Shown: positions 23,901 through 34,562 of the stretch, in pieces
Layout: each line of letters opens with the position of its first letter
Numbering within the stretch: position 1 is the first letter of the stretch
Source: Macrostomum lignano
Lineage: Eukaryota
Length of the DNA stretch: 64,000 nt
Assembly: GCA_002269645.1 (NCBI GenBank)
Contig: NIVC01001155.1
Location: 45,731-109,730 of the forward strand
Direction: 5' to 3'
Notes under the pieces: model-generated
What the model was told of the DNA's origin: nothing
The model's database searches: none
What the model saw: the letters and a program-made list of their open reading frames with translations, nothing else
Made by a program: the position numbers and the translations under genes

Positions 23901-26518
23901 TCCAGTCAATTTTCAACGAAGAGAGCCAGTCCCGACCTAGAAGATTCACTCTGTCTCCCTTCACAACAAGCGCAGTTAGTTGATACTGTCTTTCCTGATA
24001 GTTAGTTACGATAACAGTAGCTTCGCCCAGAACTGGTATGAGATGATCTGTGTAACTTGACAGTCTAACATTAGATTTAGACCACCTTAAGCCAATTTTC
24101 TTGCCAGTATTTTCGTTAATAAGGGTCTTGTCTGCGCCAGTATCCAGTTGGAAATTTACAAAATGCCCATTTATATTTAACTCGCACATATACGGTGCTG
24201 ATCCACTAAAGCCAGCCATTCCTGTAGCACCCACAGTCCTGATCTCGGAATGCTTGTCTCGACCACTGCAGTCCGAACCCTCACTTTCTGACTCACTGTC
24301 GAAATTCCGCGCGTAATGCACCTTACCGGACTTCCCACGTTTTGAAGAGTTGAATCGCTTCGACCTGCCACTTCCAGACTCTTTTGCCTTGTCCTTTGTA
24401 CGGCATGCATCTCTAAGATGTCCTACTCGGCCGCATTTGCTGCACGTTTTATTCCTATATGGACAGCTCCTTGCCCAATGATCCTTCGCGTTACAGCGGA
24501 AACATCCATCTTGGGCGCGGCTCCTTTTCCCATGTTGAGCTGCAGTTGATTGCTTGTTAGTTTCCTTCGAGAAATTGACACTATGACCGACTCCTGTGGC
24601 GGAGGTGATAGTCACGACTCCTCGCTCTGCTGCTTCTATCGCAGTCGCTAGCGTTAATGCACCCGACAGGGTCAGTGTCTCTTCTTGTAGCAATCGCTGC
24701 TGGATGAGCCTGTTCCTGAGGCCAACGACGAACCTGTCTCTCAGTGCCTCCTCCAGGAACTTGTCAAAACCACACGTGGCTGCCAACCTCCGCAGACTTG
24801 CAACAAAGTCACTCACTGTTTCTCCTTCGTGTTGGACTCTGCTGTGGAAGTTGTACCGCTCGACGACAATCTTCGGCTTTGGGTTGAAGTGTTCCCTCAG
24901 TGTCTTCACTTGTTCGTCGTACGCCACATCCTTTGGCTTCTTAGGCGATAGCAGGTTGCGTAGCAATTGATAACAGTCATTGCCTATCACTGTGATCAAG
25001 CTCGCTCGCTTTTGTGCCTCCTCGGTCACTTTATTCACGACGAGAAATTGTTCTAGCCGCTCTTCGTAGGCTTCCCATTTATCCGGTTTAGCCACGTCAA
25101 ACTCGCCGATTTTTGTACTCGTCGCCATTGTTATGTCTTCTGCTCCGACGTGGAGCTGCTACATTTAAGTAAGAAGACAACGGTTCGCTTAGGGGTTCGA
25201 GCTATCGTATTGCTCCGGTAGTTACGAACTCCTTTTGGGATTCATGTTGTAACTAGCTCGTACTTTATTATAAAATAATAGGTTGTGCCTTAGACAACAA
25301 AACATTGGGCTTGGGGGCATACTCTGTGTCTTCTCTGTTAATATACAACACTGGGGCACAAATTCAGTTGCTAGGGGCATACATTCTGTTACTAGGCGCA
25401 CCGATTCAGTTGCTAAGACCGCCAATTTAGTTACTATGGTGACCAAATTCAATTTTTAGGATCGCCAATCCAATCAAAACGCTTACGTGCGAAGAAGGCA
25501 GGTAAATATCAAAGGTGTTAGACAGATTCTTAGCATGTTAATAGCAGTATCACACACTTTAAAAAATTCATTCGAAAACTTGTAAACATATATATGTGAC
25601 GCAGAAAGTGCATCAAATATTAGACCTAAGCAGGAATGTTTGTATGTAGACTGATTATTGAATGGTTTAATTTTCAGCCTTTTAGAGAAGTTTGGTGGAT
25701 TTTGGCTTTGTAAATGAAGATTTCAAAGAGTAAAAAAGCTTTGCGTACTAAATTTGCTACTTATGAACCGTTTTTTTATTCTCCTCGTCTACTTAATTCT
25801 TCCAACGCTAACCATTCAAAAACAGTCAATTTTGTTATAATGAAATTCTGTTAAACTCACTCTCGGATACATAATGGAACAACCTGAAAAACTCTCATAT
25901 CTTTTCTTAAGAACAATAACATTAACAAATTTATAATCATTTTTGCAACACTTGAATAAAAGTTAAATTACAAAGTCATACTTTTTTCGATTTATTACCA
26001 ATACCGCATATTATAGCATAATATTCATTTTAAGTTCATTATATCACAGCTTACAGTGTCCCGTTGTATCTGAAATTTATCAAACGATCGATCGTTATTG
26101 TATACTTTAAAGAAAAATAGAATTAGGTAAAACAAAAAGTCTAATTTAAATTGCCAGAACTGTGCACATTAAAACCGCTAACTTTACTGTTTTAATTCAA
26201 GTTTTATTTTTTCTATAAATTAATATATGCAAGTAGTATAGGCATGGGAAATATGGTAAAGGATGGGCTTTCTGAGAAAATCAGTTACTAACAATGAAAA
26301 GATACACCGGAGTTTTTGTTTTACCTTTCTTTACCAGAGGCTGTCGGTAACCAGTGACGCTTGCTAGAAGGATCAGCAGTACCACGGTTGCTATGGTGAT
26401 GCCTGTATCGGTGCCTAGAATAATTGAAATCGTTAAGAGATACCTTCAGTAATACTACTTCTATTATTGAAATTTATTTAATATAATGAATTTAATAAAC
26501 GACTGCATTACCTTTCAT
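17909..26518 (-). CDS. Secreted LDLa-domain neuropeptide-like precursor, prohormone-4/IDLSRF-like family, 185 aa, 5 coding exons
   Basis: Exons 26512-26518, 26325-26414, 19495-19635, 18775-18888 and 17909-18114, all with phase-1 GT-AG junctions, total 558 nt. Protein: MKGTDTGITIATVVLLILLASVTG (signal) YRQPLVKK GNPAGNDCPKTAPWPCKSGQCLAFSFICDGRSDCIDGYDEDSALCTAKDRP...RLVQSGFLGNSNQ. The DGYDED..LCTA..RP and LV..GFL motifs match the prohormone-4 pattern as I recall it. Confidence 0.88.
20440..20788. repeat. Degenerate ~21-bp minisatellite (ACAAATTTAGTTGCTAGGGCC), continuing at 25351-25450 beyond the Gypsy element
   Basis: The same unit occurs on both sides of the LTR element. Confidence 0.85.
20789..21010 (-). 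repeat. 3' LTR (222 bp)
   Basis: Differs from the other LTR at one position by eye (GCCTAAGAC vs GCCTTAGAC). Confidence 0.97.
21011..21022 (-). other. Polypurine tract AAAAGGGGGGAA
   Basis: Immediately precedes the 3' LTR on the minus strand. Confidence 0.9.
21057..23663 (-). CDS. Gypsy Pol: RT, RNase H, integrase (HHCC, DDE)
   Basis: VVYIDDILV, QTDASKYGIG, TDHKPL, LHDGHPG...CEGC, LDYMGP, SDNGSQF, NGLSERMV. Confidence 0.95.
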   Translation of the reverse strand: MSASDFASPIVPVLKRDGKSVRICADFKRTVNPQLEVDKYPLPKPEEIFATLNGGRVFSKLDISQAFLQLELEDSCKKFATINTHLGLFQYERLTMGLASAPVQFQEAMEKILQGLEVVVYIDDILVSGSCLEDHDKRLEAVLERLLAHGVHLNRKKCEFRLNRIEFLGYVIDESGIHPSKEKVQAIHEAPTPTNVSEVRSLIGMISYYGKFIPNLSSILVPLNRLLHKDAEFHWSEACSAAFEKVKATLTSERVLAHFDPKKQLVLQTDASKYGIGCVISHLMPNGEERPVAFASRTLTKPEINYSQLEKEALAIVFGVKRFHQYLFGHHFILVTDHKPLLTIFGDKKDIPSIAASRLQRWAVLLSAHQYTIKFRRTEDHSNADALSRLPVPGNISKVDRVLEVRLEMLPVNAETIRTETQKDSQLQRVVRYCQNGWPDTCEQELEQYFRKRNEFCIEQGVLFWGVRVIIPRSLQQVVLELLHDGHPGIVAMKSIARLHVWFPGIDKAIEALVHSCEGCQLQRNLPAQAPVQPLVWPERPWTRIQLDYMGPFHGYYWLVIVDATSKWVEIFPMKHATTNRTIECLRETFARFGIPQQVLSDNGSQFCSAEFRTFLERNNIRQILTAVGHPRTNGLSERMVQTAKSAIKAGIKTHGDPILSMQNFLFRYRSTPHSTTGRTPAEMMLCYSRRTRLDFLKPDAYSRVLNKQTDVTERQIERGSTIREFQEGDSVLTLDFRRERENRWISAKVIARTGPLSYRLLVNGQVWKRHVDQIVSAELPGQNKPEAHHLPPILKDPRRVQSDKTTTEKERRESESTQPVQDVPSRGESQTADTDQDDADSGAEGVGTRILRDRSKLKKPDRLHYSE
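23587..25128 (-). CDS. Gypsy Gag with two CCHC knuckles, aspartic protease and start of RT
   Basis: CFRCNAKDHWARSC, CSKCGRVGHLRDAC, FQLDTGAD, LLGRDWL; frame is lost at an A8 run at about 23664-23671. Confidence 0.92.
   Translation of the reverse strand: MATSTKIGEFDVAKPDKWEAYEERLEQFLVVNKVTEEAQKRASLITVIGNDCYQLLRNLLSPKKPKDVAYDEQVKTLREHFNPKPKIVVERYNFHSRVQHEGETVSDFVASLRRLAATCGFDKFLEEALRDRFVVGLRNRLIQQRLLQEETLTLSGALTLATAIEAAERGVVTITSATGVGHSVNFSKETNKQSTAAQHGKRSRAQDGCFRCNAKDHWARSCPYRNKTCSKCGRVGHLRDACRTKDKAKESGSGRSKRFNSSKRGKSGKVHYARNFDSESESEGSDCSGRDKHSEIRTVGATGMAGFSGSAPYMCELNINGHFVNFQLDTGADKTLINENTGKKIGLRWSKSNVRLSSYTDHLIPVLGEATVIVTNYQERQYQLTALVVKGDRVNLLGRDWLSSLKIDWSKFAHVKTTTLVPPIERLMKKYDQVFAESLGTIKGLKARILLKENFIPKFCKSRPVPFAIKSLIEEELANLQAQGIIKKSERIRLCISDCPSFEARWKIRKDLR
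25118..25127 (-). other. Primer-binding site TGGCGACGAG, complementary to the 3' end of tRNA-Ser(GCU)
   Basis: One nt after the 5' LTR; metazoan tRNA-Ser(GCU) ends in CUCGUCGCCA. Confidence 0.8.
25129..25350 (-). repeat. 5' LTR (222 bp)
   Basis: Direct repeat of 20789-21010. Confidence 0.97.
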
Positions 26519-26762
26519 TGCTAAAAGTTTACTTATAGCTGTCAGTGGGTTGCAGTTTCCGAGTATTGAAACTATCAGCTTTGTCGTAGGTGAGATGGCT
26601 CAGCATTTTCATTCCGTATCATATATCAGCCTGCAACGATATGGACTGCCATTCTGTTGGCAACTGCACTATTGGCTGTTCCACATCATTGGCTGATGTC
26701 TGATAAAATTTAAATTAACGTGCTGCTGTAAAAAAGCTATATAGAATAATAAACCAATCATA

Positions 26763-28793
26763 AACCAGGGGCTTTAGCACCAGGGGCTTTAGCACCAGGG
26801 GCTTTAGCACCAGGGGCTTTAGCACCAGGGGCTTTAGCACCAGGGGCTTTAGCACCAGGGGCTTTAGCACCAGGGGCTTTAGCACCAGGGGCTTTAGCAC
26901 CAGGGGCTTTAGCACCAGGGGCTTTAGCACCAGGGGCTTTAGCACCAGGGGCTTTAGCACCAGGGGCTTTAGCACCAGGGGCTTTAGCACCAGGGGCTTT
27001 AGCACCAGGGGCTTTAGCACCAGGGGCTTTAGCACCAGGGGCTTTAGCACCAGGGGCTTTAGCACCAGGGGCTTTAGCACCAGGGGCTTTAGCACCAGGG
27101 GCTTTAGCACCAGGGGCTTTAGCACCAGGGGCTTTAGCACCAGGGGCTTTAGCACCAGGGGCTTTAGCACCAGGGGCTTTAGCACCAGGGGCTTTAGCAC
27201 CAGGGGCTTTAGCACCAGGGGCTTTAGCACCAGGGGCGCCAGCACCAGGGGCGCCAGCACCAGGGGCTTTAGCACCAGGGGCTTTAGCACCAGGGGCGCC
27301 AGCACCAGGGGCGCCAGCACCAGGGGCTTTAGCACCAGGGGCTTTAGCACCAGGGGCTTTAGCACCAGAGGCTTTAGCACCAGGGGCTTTAGCACCAGGG
27401 GCTTTAGCACCAGGGGCTTTAGCACCAGGGGCTTTAGCACCGGGGCTTTAGCACCAGGGGCTTTAGCACCAGGGGCTTTAGCACCAGGGGCTTTAGCACC
27501 AGGGGCTTTAGCACCAGGGGCTTTAGCACCAGGGGCTTTAGCACCAGAGCTTTAGCACCAGAGCTTTAGCACCAGGGGCTTTAGCACCAGGGGCTTTAGC
27601 ACCAGGGGCTTTAGCACCAGGGGCTTTAGCACCAGGGGCTTTAGCACCAGGGGCTTTAGCACCAGGGGCTTTAGCACCAGGGGCTTTAGCATCAGGGGCG
27701 CCAGCACCAGGGGCTTTAGCACCAGGGGCTTTAGCACCAGGGGCTTTAGCACCAGGGGCTTTAGCACCAGGGGCTTTAGCACCAGGGGCTTTAGCACCAG
27801 GGGCTTTAGCACCAGGGGCGCCAGCACCAGGGGCGCCAGCACCAGGGGCTTTAGCACCAGGGGCTTTAGCACCAGGGGCGCCAGCACCAGGGGCGCCAGC
27901 ACCAGGGGCTTTAGCACCAGGGGCTTTAGCACCAGGGGCTTTAGCACCAGAGGCTTTAGCACCAGGGGCTTTAGCACCAGGGGCTTTAGCACCAGGGGCT
28001 TTAGCACCAGGGGCTTTAGCACCGGGGGCTTTAGCACCAGGGGCTTTAGCACCAGGGGCTTTAGCACCAGGGGCTTTAGCACCAGGGGCTTTAGCACCAG
28101 GGGCTTTAGCACCAGGGGCTTTAGCACCAGAGCTTTAGCACCAGAGCTTTAGCACCAGGGGCTTTAGCACCAGGGGCTTTAGCACCAGGGGCTTTAGCAC
28201 CAGGGGCTTTAGCACCAGGGGCTTTAGCACCAGGGGCTTTAGCACCAGGGGCTTTAGCACCAGGGGCTTTAGCATCAGGGGCGCCAGCACCAGGGGCGCC
28301 AGCACCAGGGGCTTTAGCACCAGGGGCTTTAGCACCAGGGGCTTTAGCACCAGGGGCTTTAGCACCAGGGGCTTTAGCACCAGGGGCTTTAGCACCAGGG
28401 GCTTTAGCACCAGGGGCTTTAGCACCAGGGGCTTTAGCACCAGGGGCGCCAGCACCAGGGGCGCCAGCACCAGGGGCGCCAGCACCAGGGGAGCCAGCAC
28501 CAGGGGCGCCAGCACCAGGGGCGCCAGCACCAGGGGCTTTAGCACCAGGGGCTTTAGCACCAGGGGCTTTAGCACCAGAGGCTTTAGCACCAGGGGCTTT
28601 AGCACCAGGGGCTTTAGCACCAGGGGCTTTAGCACCAGGGGCTTTAGCACCAGGGGCTTTAGCACCAGGGGCTTTAGCACCAGGGGCTTTAGCACCAGGG
28701 GCGCCAGCACCAGGGGCGCCAGCACCAGGGGCTTTAGCACCAGGGGCTTTAGCACCAGAGCTTTAGCACCAGAGCTTTAGCACCAGGGGCACC
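26763..28793. repeat. About 2-kb array of a 15-bp unit AGCACCAGGGGCTTT (about 135 units) with GCGCC variants
   Basis: Direct reading; source of the LKPLV artefact ORFs. Confidence 0.97.
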
Positions 28794-29658
28794 AGCGGTG
28801 GTCATTTTTGTCACCGCCCCCCTTATCCTTCTGTATTATGCACTGCATGGTTACGGCTGGTACGCAGTTATGTATCTGATAACTAAGGCCATCATAAACC
28901 AAATCAAGCTTTTGAGGTTTCAAGATAAAACTTAAAACGAGACAGGCTCACCAAAAAATCGGATCCGCGGAATTACCGCTAGCTTTTGCACTGCCGTTGT
29001 TGAATGGTTGCTCAAGAACTTCATCTATAACAAAACAAACGAATGAAGAAACGTTGGTTCAGGTAGTGCTGTGACGGAAAGATTTTAAGCTATCGTTTGT
29101 CTTCAAAGTCTTGTCCTATCATTTTTCGAAATCTTGCTTCAAGGAGCACAAGAAGATGACTGCAATATGAATGCTGACCTATCATATTTCTGGCTTTCCC
29201 TGAAAACTTTTCAGCCAGTTGAAAAGAGAAGAAAGACCCAACTGCAATGGGCTGCCGCATACCGTGAAGCTAAGTTCGCTGCATTTTCGGAACCAGCAGT
29301 GTGCAGCAAGACGTGAAACCGAGCCTGCAGCTGGAATGGAGGATGATGTTGAGTAGTTTCCGCAGGACCTCTAAAAACTGTTAGAACAAGGAGAACTAAA
29401 GGTGCGACACTCGCGTTTCATGGGAAAAGTTTTATAGGCCACTTTAGATAAATATTTTGCTGGATACTACCGCCTTGCAATTAACATTCATTTATTTATT
29501 TACAGATTCTACGAGTACACGGCTAATCGAATCCTTCGAAGAGTTAGAAATGGAGTTTAAGGCACGCAACTAATTTTAGATACTAATACATACCTTGTTG
29601 GAAAAAATGTGTTGCCTTAAAACCTCTTCCACACTGATGCCTTTGGGTCTCACTCACG

Positions 29659-32134
29659 CAAGTGACGGATGGTACGCATAGCGTACCATAGACTATTTTG
29701 TGGCCGCAAAAATTTTGACAGCACACCCTCAAGTGCCGGCTAGGCGGGACTTTTCGTTCTTTGACTATTTTTCTTTCTATACGAGCGGCTTCCTATTTTA
29801 CAGCGTTTATACGACCGTAATCGTTTCATTTCGATCTTTAATTCACAGCTCCACCGATTGACCGTCTGGTTTGTGTGTTTCTTTATTCCCGTTATTGTTT
29901 CTTTTTCCTGTGTTACCTACTTTATATACTATTTTCTGTACGAGTATTATACTTTTTTAGTGTGCTTTCCATTTGTGTATATATCCTATTTGTAACGCTT
30001 TATTAGGCTGTATTACATTGCTGTACATTATAAGTTATTTAAATTAGAACTTTTTGTATCAAATATGGCCATGCAGTTTATTCGTCAGGCTCTTGTGGGT
30101 CTTCGTGGTGGGCCAGCTGAGGTCTCGAGCGATTCTGACGACGGTTCCGACGACGAGATTTCAGAGGACGAATCTATGGATGAAGATGTGACTGAAGAAC
30201 AAGGCGATGATGCTAAAATGCAGTGGCGAGGCGTGACTGAGGAGACGGATACACGAGAAAGCGCTGATGTGGAATTTTTCGGTGTTGAAGGCCTGAATCA
30301 TGGACTTCATGTTCCCGCCGACGTTGAGAATGGAGTCGAAAGTTTCTTTTCAATGTTCGTTACTGATGATCTATTGCAAATGTTGTGCAAGTTTACTAAT
30401 GCTAGGGCATGGGCCGAGGTGCATTCATGCGAAGAAGATGGTCTTGGTCAAATGCCTGCAAGGTTGTCAGCTTGGCGCGACTGCACAATTTCCGAGATGA
30501 AAAAGATGCTAGCCATAATCATGTACATGGGTGTCGTCAAAAAGCCTGACATGCGTGCATATTGGTCCACTGATGAGTTTTACGGCAGCAGTCTGTTTCA
30601 AGGCGAGTTTTGCATCGCTCATTTTCAAGCAGTATATTCCCAAGAAGCGGGCTCGCTTTGGAATAAAGACATACTGCCTCGTGGACGCCAAAAACGGCTA
30701 TCTCTGGAACATACTGATTCATTCAACACCGGATGAAAATGCTCGTTTCGGAGAGGGCCTGGGCTGCGCTGAACTCAGCATAACTGAAAGAATTGTTGTT
30801 GAGCTCATGCAAGATCTTTTCGGCTTAGGCTACCAAGTACTCACTGATAGTTTCTTCACGTCAATCAGACTTGCCAGTTTTCTTCTCGAGAAAGGCACCA
30901 CAATCACCGGTTCAGTCCAAGCAAACCGAGGCATCCCAGCCTCGCTTAAGACTGCTAATATTCCAGCTCCCGGCTTTCGCTTCATGCGTAAAGGTGATAT
31001 CCTGGCAATAAAAATGACCGACAGGAAGGCAAGTGGGGTCAAGACTTTGCATCTCCTCGACACTCACGGTGTTGCCGGCTCGGTCGAGCGACAGACCATC
31101 CGCCGCGGAGGGCTAGTGCAGCTGGTTAGAAAGCCTACGAGCGTAGCGAACTACACCAAATTTATGGGAGGAGTCGATAGACTGGACTCGTGTCTTCAAC
31201 CGTACCACCCTAACAGGAAGACATACCGATGGCATCAAAAGTTAGCGCTCCATCTGATGTTTCAACTGGTGCACAATTCGTGGGTTGCCTACCGAATTTC
31301 AGGTGGATCCCGGCCTTTTCTGCGATTTTTGGAAACCTGCATCACTTGGCTATTGAGAAGCACGGGCCCTGGGAAGTTGCGGTGCATGCGGACGACGCCT
31401 GCTACACACGCTGGTGACGGACACTTCCCTTCGAAGCTCCCATCTACCCTGGGCAATCCACGTCCGTCTAAGCGCTGTCGCGTCTGCTATAGAAATGGAG
31501 TATCAAAGCGCACAGTGACCGTCTGCAAAGGTTGTGTGAATCAGCCGGGACTGTGCATTGGAGACTGCTTTGAGCAGTGGCACGTTTAAGTGCAGTCCCC
31601 GTTTCTTGTGAATCCTCAGCCAATTTTCAGAGTTTGCACACGTTTGCGCAACTTATCCTGTCTGTACGAAACTTAAGTATATATTGTTGTTTCTTCTTCT
31701 CGTTCTAATGTCAGATATGGATTAGATATTGTAAAAGTTGTAAAATTGTGCTAGCCATTCACACTGAATGACATCAGACAATTTAGTTATCTGATAAAAT
31801 TACAAGTGCTTATGAGTTCCAGGTAGCTCGTATGGGATCGAAACACAGGAAAAAAAATCTTCGAAACTTCAAATATCAGTTCTTTTTTCCATACCTCCTC
31901 TGCAGAAAATTGTGTTAAGTTTCTCGTGTTTTTATACTTTTCTAGACTGTTCGATTCAAATTATATGCCTTTATTTGTTCCAGTTTTTATAGCAAGAAAT
32001 TGTTGAGAAATTGTTTGATAAATTATGTTATTTCTATAGTATTTAACAATAAAAAGCTTTTAATAAAAAACTAGAAAGCCACGAGTTAATTGACTCGCTA
32101 ATCATGGCGTGCATGGCGTACCATCCGTCACTTG
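29659..32134 (+). mobile_element. piggyBac-like DNA transposon, internally deleted
   Basis: Perfect 19-bp inverted repeat CAAGTGACGGATGGTACGC (29659-29677 and 32116-32134) around a PGBD-type transposase; exact termini unclear and no TTAA TSD found. Confidence 0.8.
30065..31589 (+). pseudogene. PGBD4-like transposase with a frameshifting deletion that removes the first catalytic Asp region
   Basis: KQYIPKKRARFGIKTYCLVD, TDSFFTS, FMGGVDRLD, C-terminal CRVC...CKGC...LC...CF..WH. YWSTDEFYGSSLF joins directly to FKQYIP at about 30600, and the usual xIDE motif is absent. Confidence 0.85.
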
Positions 32135-32895
32135 TAAGTGTGTGTTCTTGCGGCTAGGATTTCTGCAGGCTTATAGATTATTTCCATAGATTTTAAGTGT
32201 TGCGTCCTTCTACTTTAGTAGTACATGTGTGAGAAGACAAGAATTACCTTAGGTAGATAGCACGGTGGGAGCTTGCAGAAAAAAAAACTTAGGCTCTTTT
32301 GGCAAGAAAAGTATTGCAGTTTTTTATCTCTGCGCTCAACGTACAGTCTATGCAATCGAAGAGCCCAAAAATTAGAGCACTTACCTATAATCATCAGTTA
32401 ACTAAATATAGAGAAAATTTATTTTAAATGACGAAGTTCAACCAAATTTATTGACCTCCATGCAGTTTACTACTTATAGCAGCAGGTTACCTAGCAGCAC
32501 CAAAACTATTTTCAAACGTAGTTCATAAGTTTACTTTAACTTTGCACTTTTTTAGTCCAGGAGCTTATGCACTCTTGTGAGGAAACATTTTTAGCTTCCC
32601 CATCCTAGTTGGCTCTCAAATGCTAAGTATATTTACCAGGATTTCGAAATCAAGCATTTCAAGAGATTGTTTCCAGCGACGCGCAGTTCGAATGGACGCG
32701 CAGTTCGAATGGACGCTGGCTGAGCCTTCGACTACTGGCGATGTTGTGACTGACTAAATGTCACTGGAATCTACGACTGAATGAAACTCCAACAGAGGCG
32801 TGTTTTCTAGTGGCTAAAAGTTGACAAAAGCCATGGCCATTAGGCCAAGTGATCAGAAACAACTTCGGCATTGCCTACATGTATTTAGAAGGGAA

Positions 32896-33338
32896 GCGAC
32901 GTTTGCCAGCCGACATTTGCCAGCCGACGTTTGCCAGCCGAGGTTTGCCAGCAGGATATTTGCCAGCCGAACTTTGCCTGCCGGACGTTTGCCTGCGGCA
33001 CGTTTGCCAGACGACGTTTGCCTGCCGGAAGTTTGCCAGCTAAAATTTGCTAGCCAATATAAAGCCAGTCAGTGAAAAACTTGATACTGAAATATTCCCA
33101 GTTTAGTCGTCTGGCAAACGTCGGCTGGCAAACGTCCCGCAGGCAAATGTCCGGCAGGCAAACGTCGGCTGGCAAACGTCGGCTGGTAAATGTCGGCTGG
33201 CAAACGTCGGCTGGTAAATGTCGGCTGGCAAACGTCCCACAGGCAAACCTCGGCTGGCAAACGTCCCGCAGGCAAACGTCGGCTGCCAAACGTCGGCTGG
33301 CAAACGTCCCGCAGGCAAACGTCCCGCAGGCAAACGTC
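32896..33338. mobile_element. Foldback/MITE-like element: inverted arms of 14-bp subrepeats (GACGTTTGCCAGCC) around a ~65-bp AT-rich spacer
   Basis: Arms 32896-33040 and 33107-33338 in opposite orientation; termini CGACGTTTGCC...GGCAAACGTCG. Confidence 0.75.
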
Positions 33339-34562
33339 GTAGACCCTTATATAAGTATTTTTAGTATTTACTCGTATTTTTAGTAAAATTTGGGTTGATG
33401 GTGGAGTCCCTTTCAAGTAATTTGAAGAATTGATTCAGAGACTACATCGTATCAGGTCGTATCAGGTTGATTTTATACATGTATAGCCACGCCGCGTGCA
33501 TGCGAATGCGGTGGAACTCAGCCACAATCGATTTAAGCGATCAATCTGACCTGCTTATCTAACTAATAAGCCTTTAAATGTTAAATTTTGGACTTAAGAA
33601 ATGCACAGAGACTACACTTGGCCTTGAAGGCACGTGTTTTGTGAGTGCACTTGCAAGAAAGGGAAAGAGAGGACTTGGAGGGACAGACAGGGCGTCACCC
33701 TGTCTCGTCCTAGCCGCGGTCTGCAGGCCGAACTATAATATAAATAAATAAACTATATGGAGAGAAGATTTTCTCCACTTCTCCTGCTCCCCAGATGTAA
33801 CACATAATTTCCGGTGGCTTCTGAAGGCCTCTCACCAACATGAATGTCTGCTACCCTTCTGTCACGATCGACAGAGGCCTTAAATCAACAGAGACAAGGC
33901 TTTGTAATTTACAGTGTACTGTGGCTCACAGTTGGTCCAAACCAAACAGCAATAGCAAAGAGAGATCTTTTCTTTATATAGTCAATATATTTACAGTCCA
34001 TCCTGCAGACCGGCAAGGATAGCTCTCCGAATGAGATTGAGAACAGACCCTGGGATCTGTGTACATGTTTTTTGTTTTCAGCCTTTATATTGTTATTGAA
34101 TGCGTGTGCCGCACAGGTTTAAACTGGTTAGCAACAAAGGAACCCGAACGGAGGAAATATTGATTAAAAATGAGTGACAGCGTTGCAGAAAAGTACTCAG
34201 AAGAATAATGAAAAATTTAGGTAGCAAACTAAGGTAAACCAAATAAATTTGCTAATTTAACGACGAAGGGCTACATAAACGAGCAAACGTCAATACGGCT
34301 CGTACTTGGCCTTGATAAATGACCTAACATGTATTCGATGAGTTAACTTCAAAGTGACAAACAAGTACTCGTATGGAGTAAAATGGCTTTAAAGACTCAA
34401 AAATCAACCTGACTCAATCGACTTCTTCACAGACTCGATCAATCTTTTCAGAAGCTTTTTTGAAACTCCAGCTGGATATACTCGTAAAATAGTTGGAAAA
34501 CGACAAAGAAGACAGGATTCTAAGTATAGGCTTCATCAGCAACTGTCATACCGTTTTGTCTT

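Larger units (their letters stand above)
20789..25350 (-). mobile_element. Young Ty3/Gypsy LTR retrotransposon (Mag-like organisation) in intron 2 of the LDLa gene, same strand as the gene
   Basis: 222-bp TG...CA LTRs, 5-bp TSD CTGGG (20784-20788 and 25351-25355), PBS, PPT, and gag-PR-RT-RH-INT order. Confidence 0.97.

Noticed and set aside
26715-28755. LKPLV-repeat ORFs
   Set aside because: Translation of a 15-bp satellite; frame is broken by 14-bp units
29134-29580. Exon-like fragments upstream of the piggyBac
   Set aside because: Stops in the plausible frames and no motif
32688-32726. 17-bp tandem duplication GACGCGCAGTTCGAATG containing GTTCGA
   Set aside because: No A box or tRNA fold; only two units
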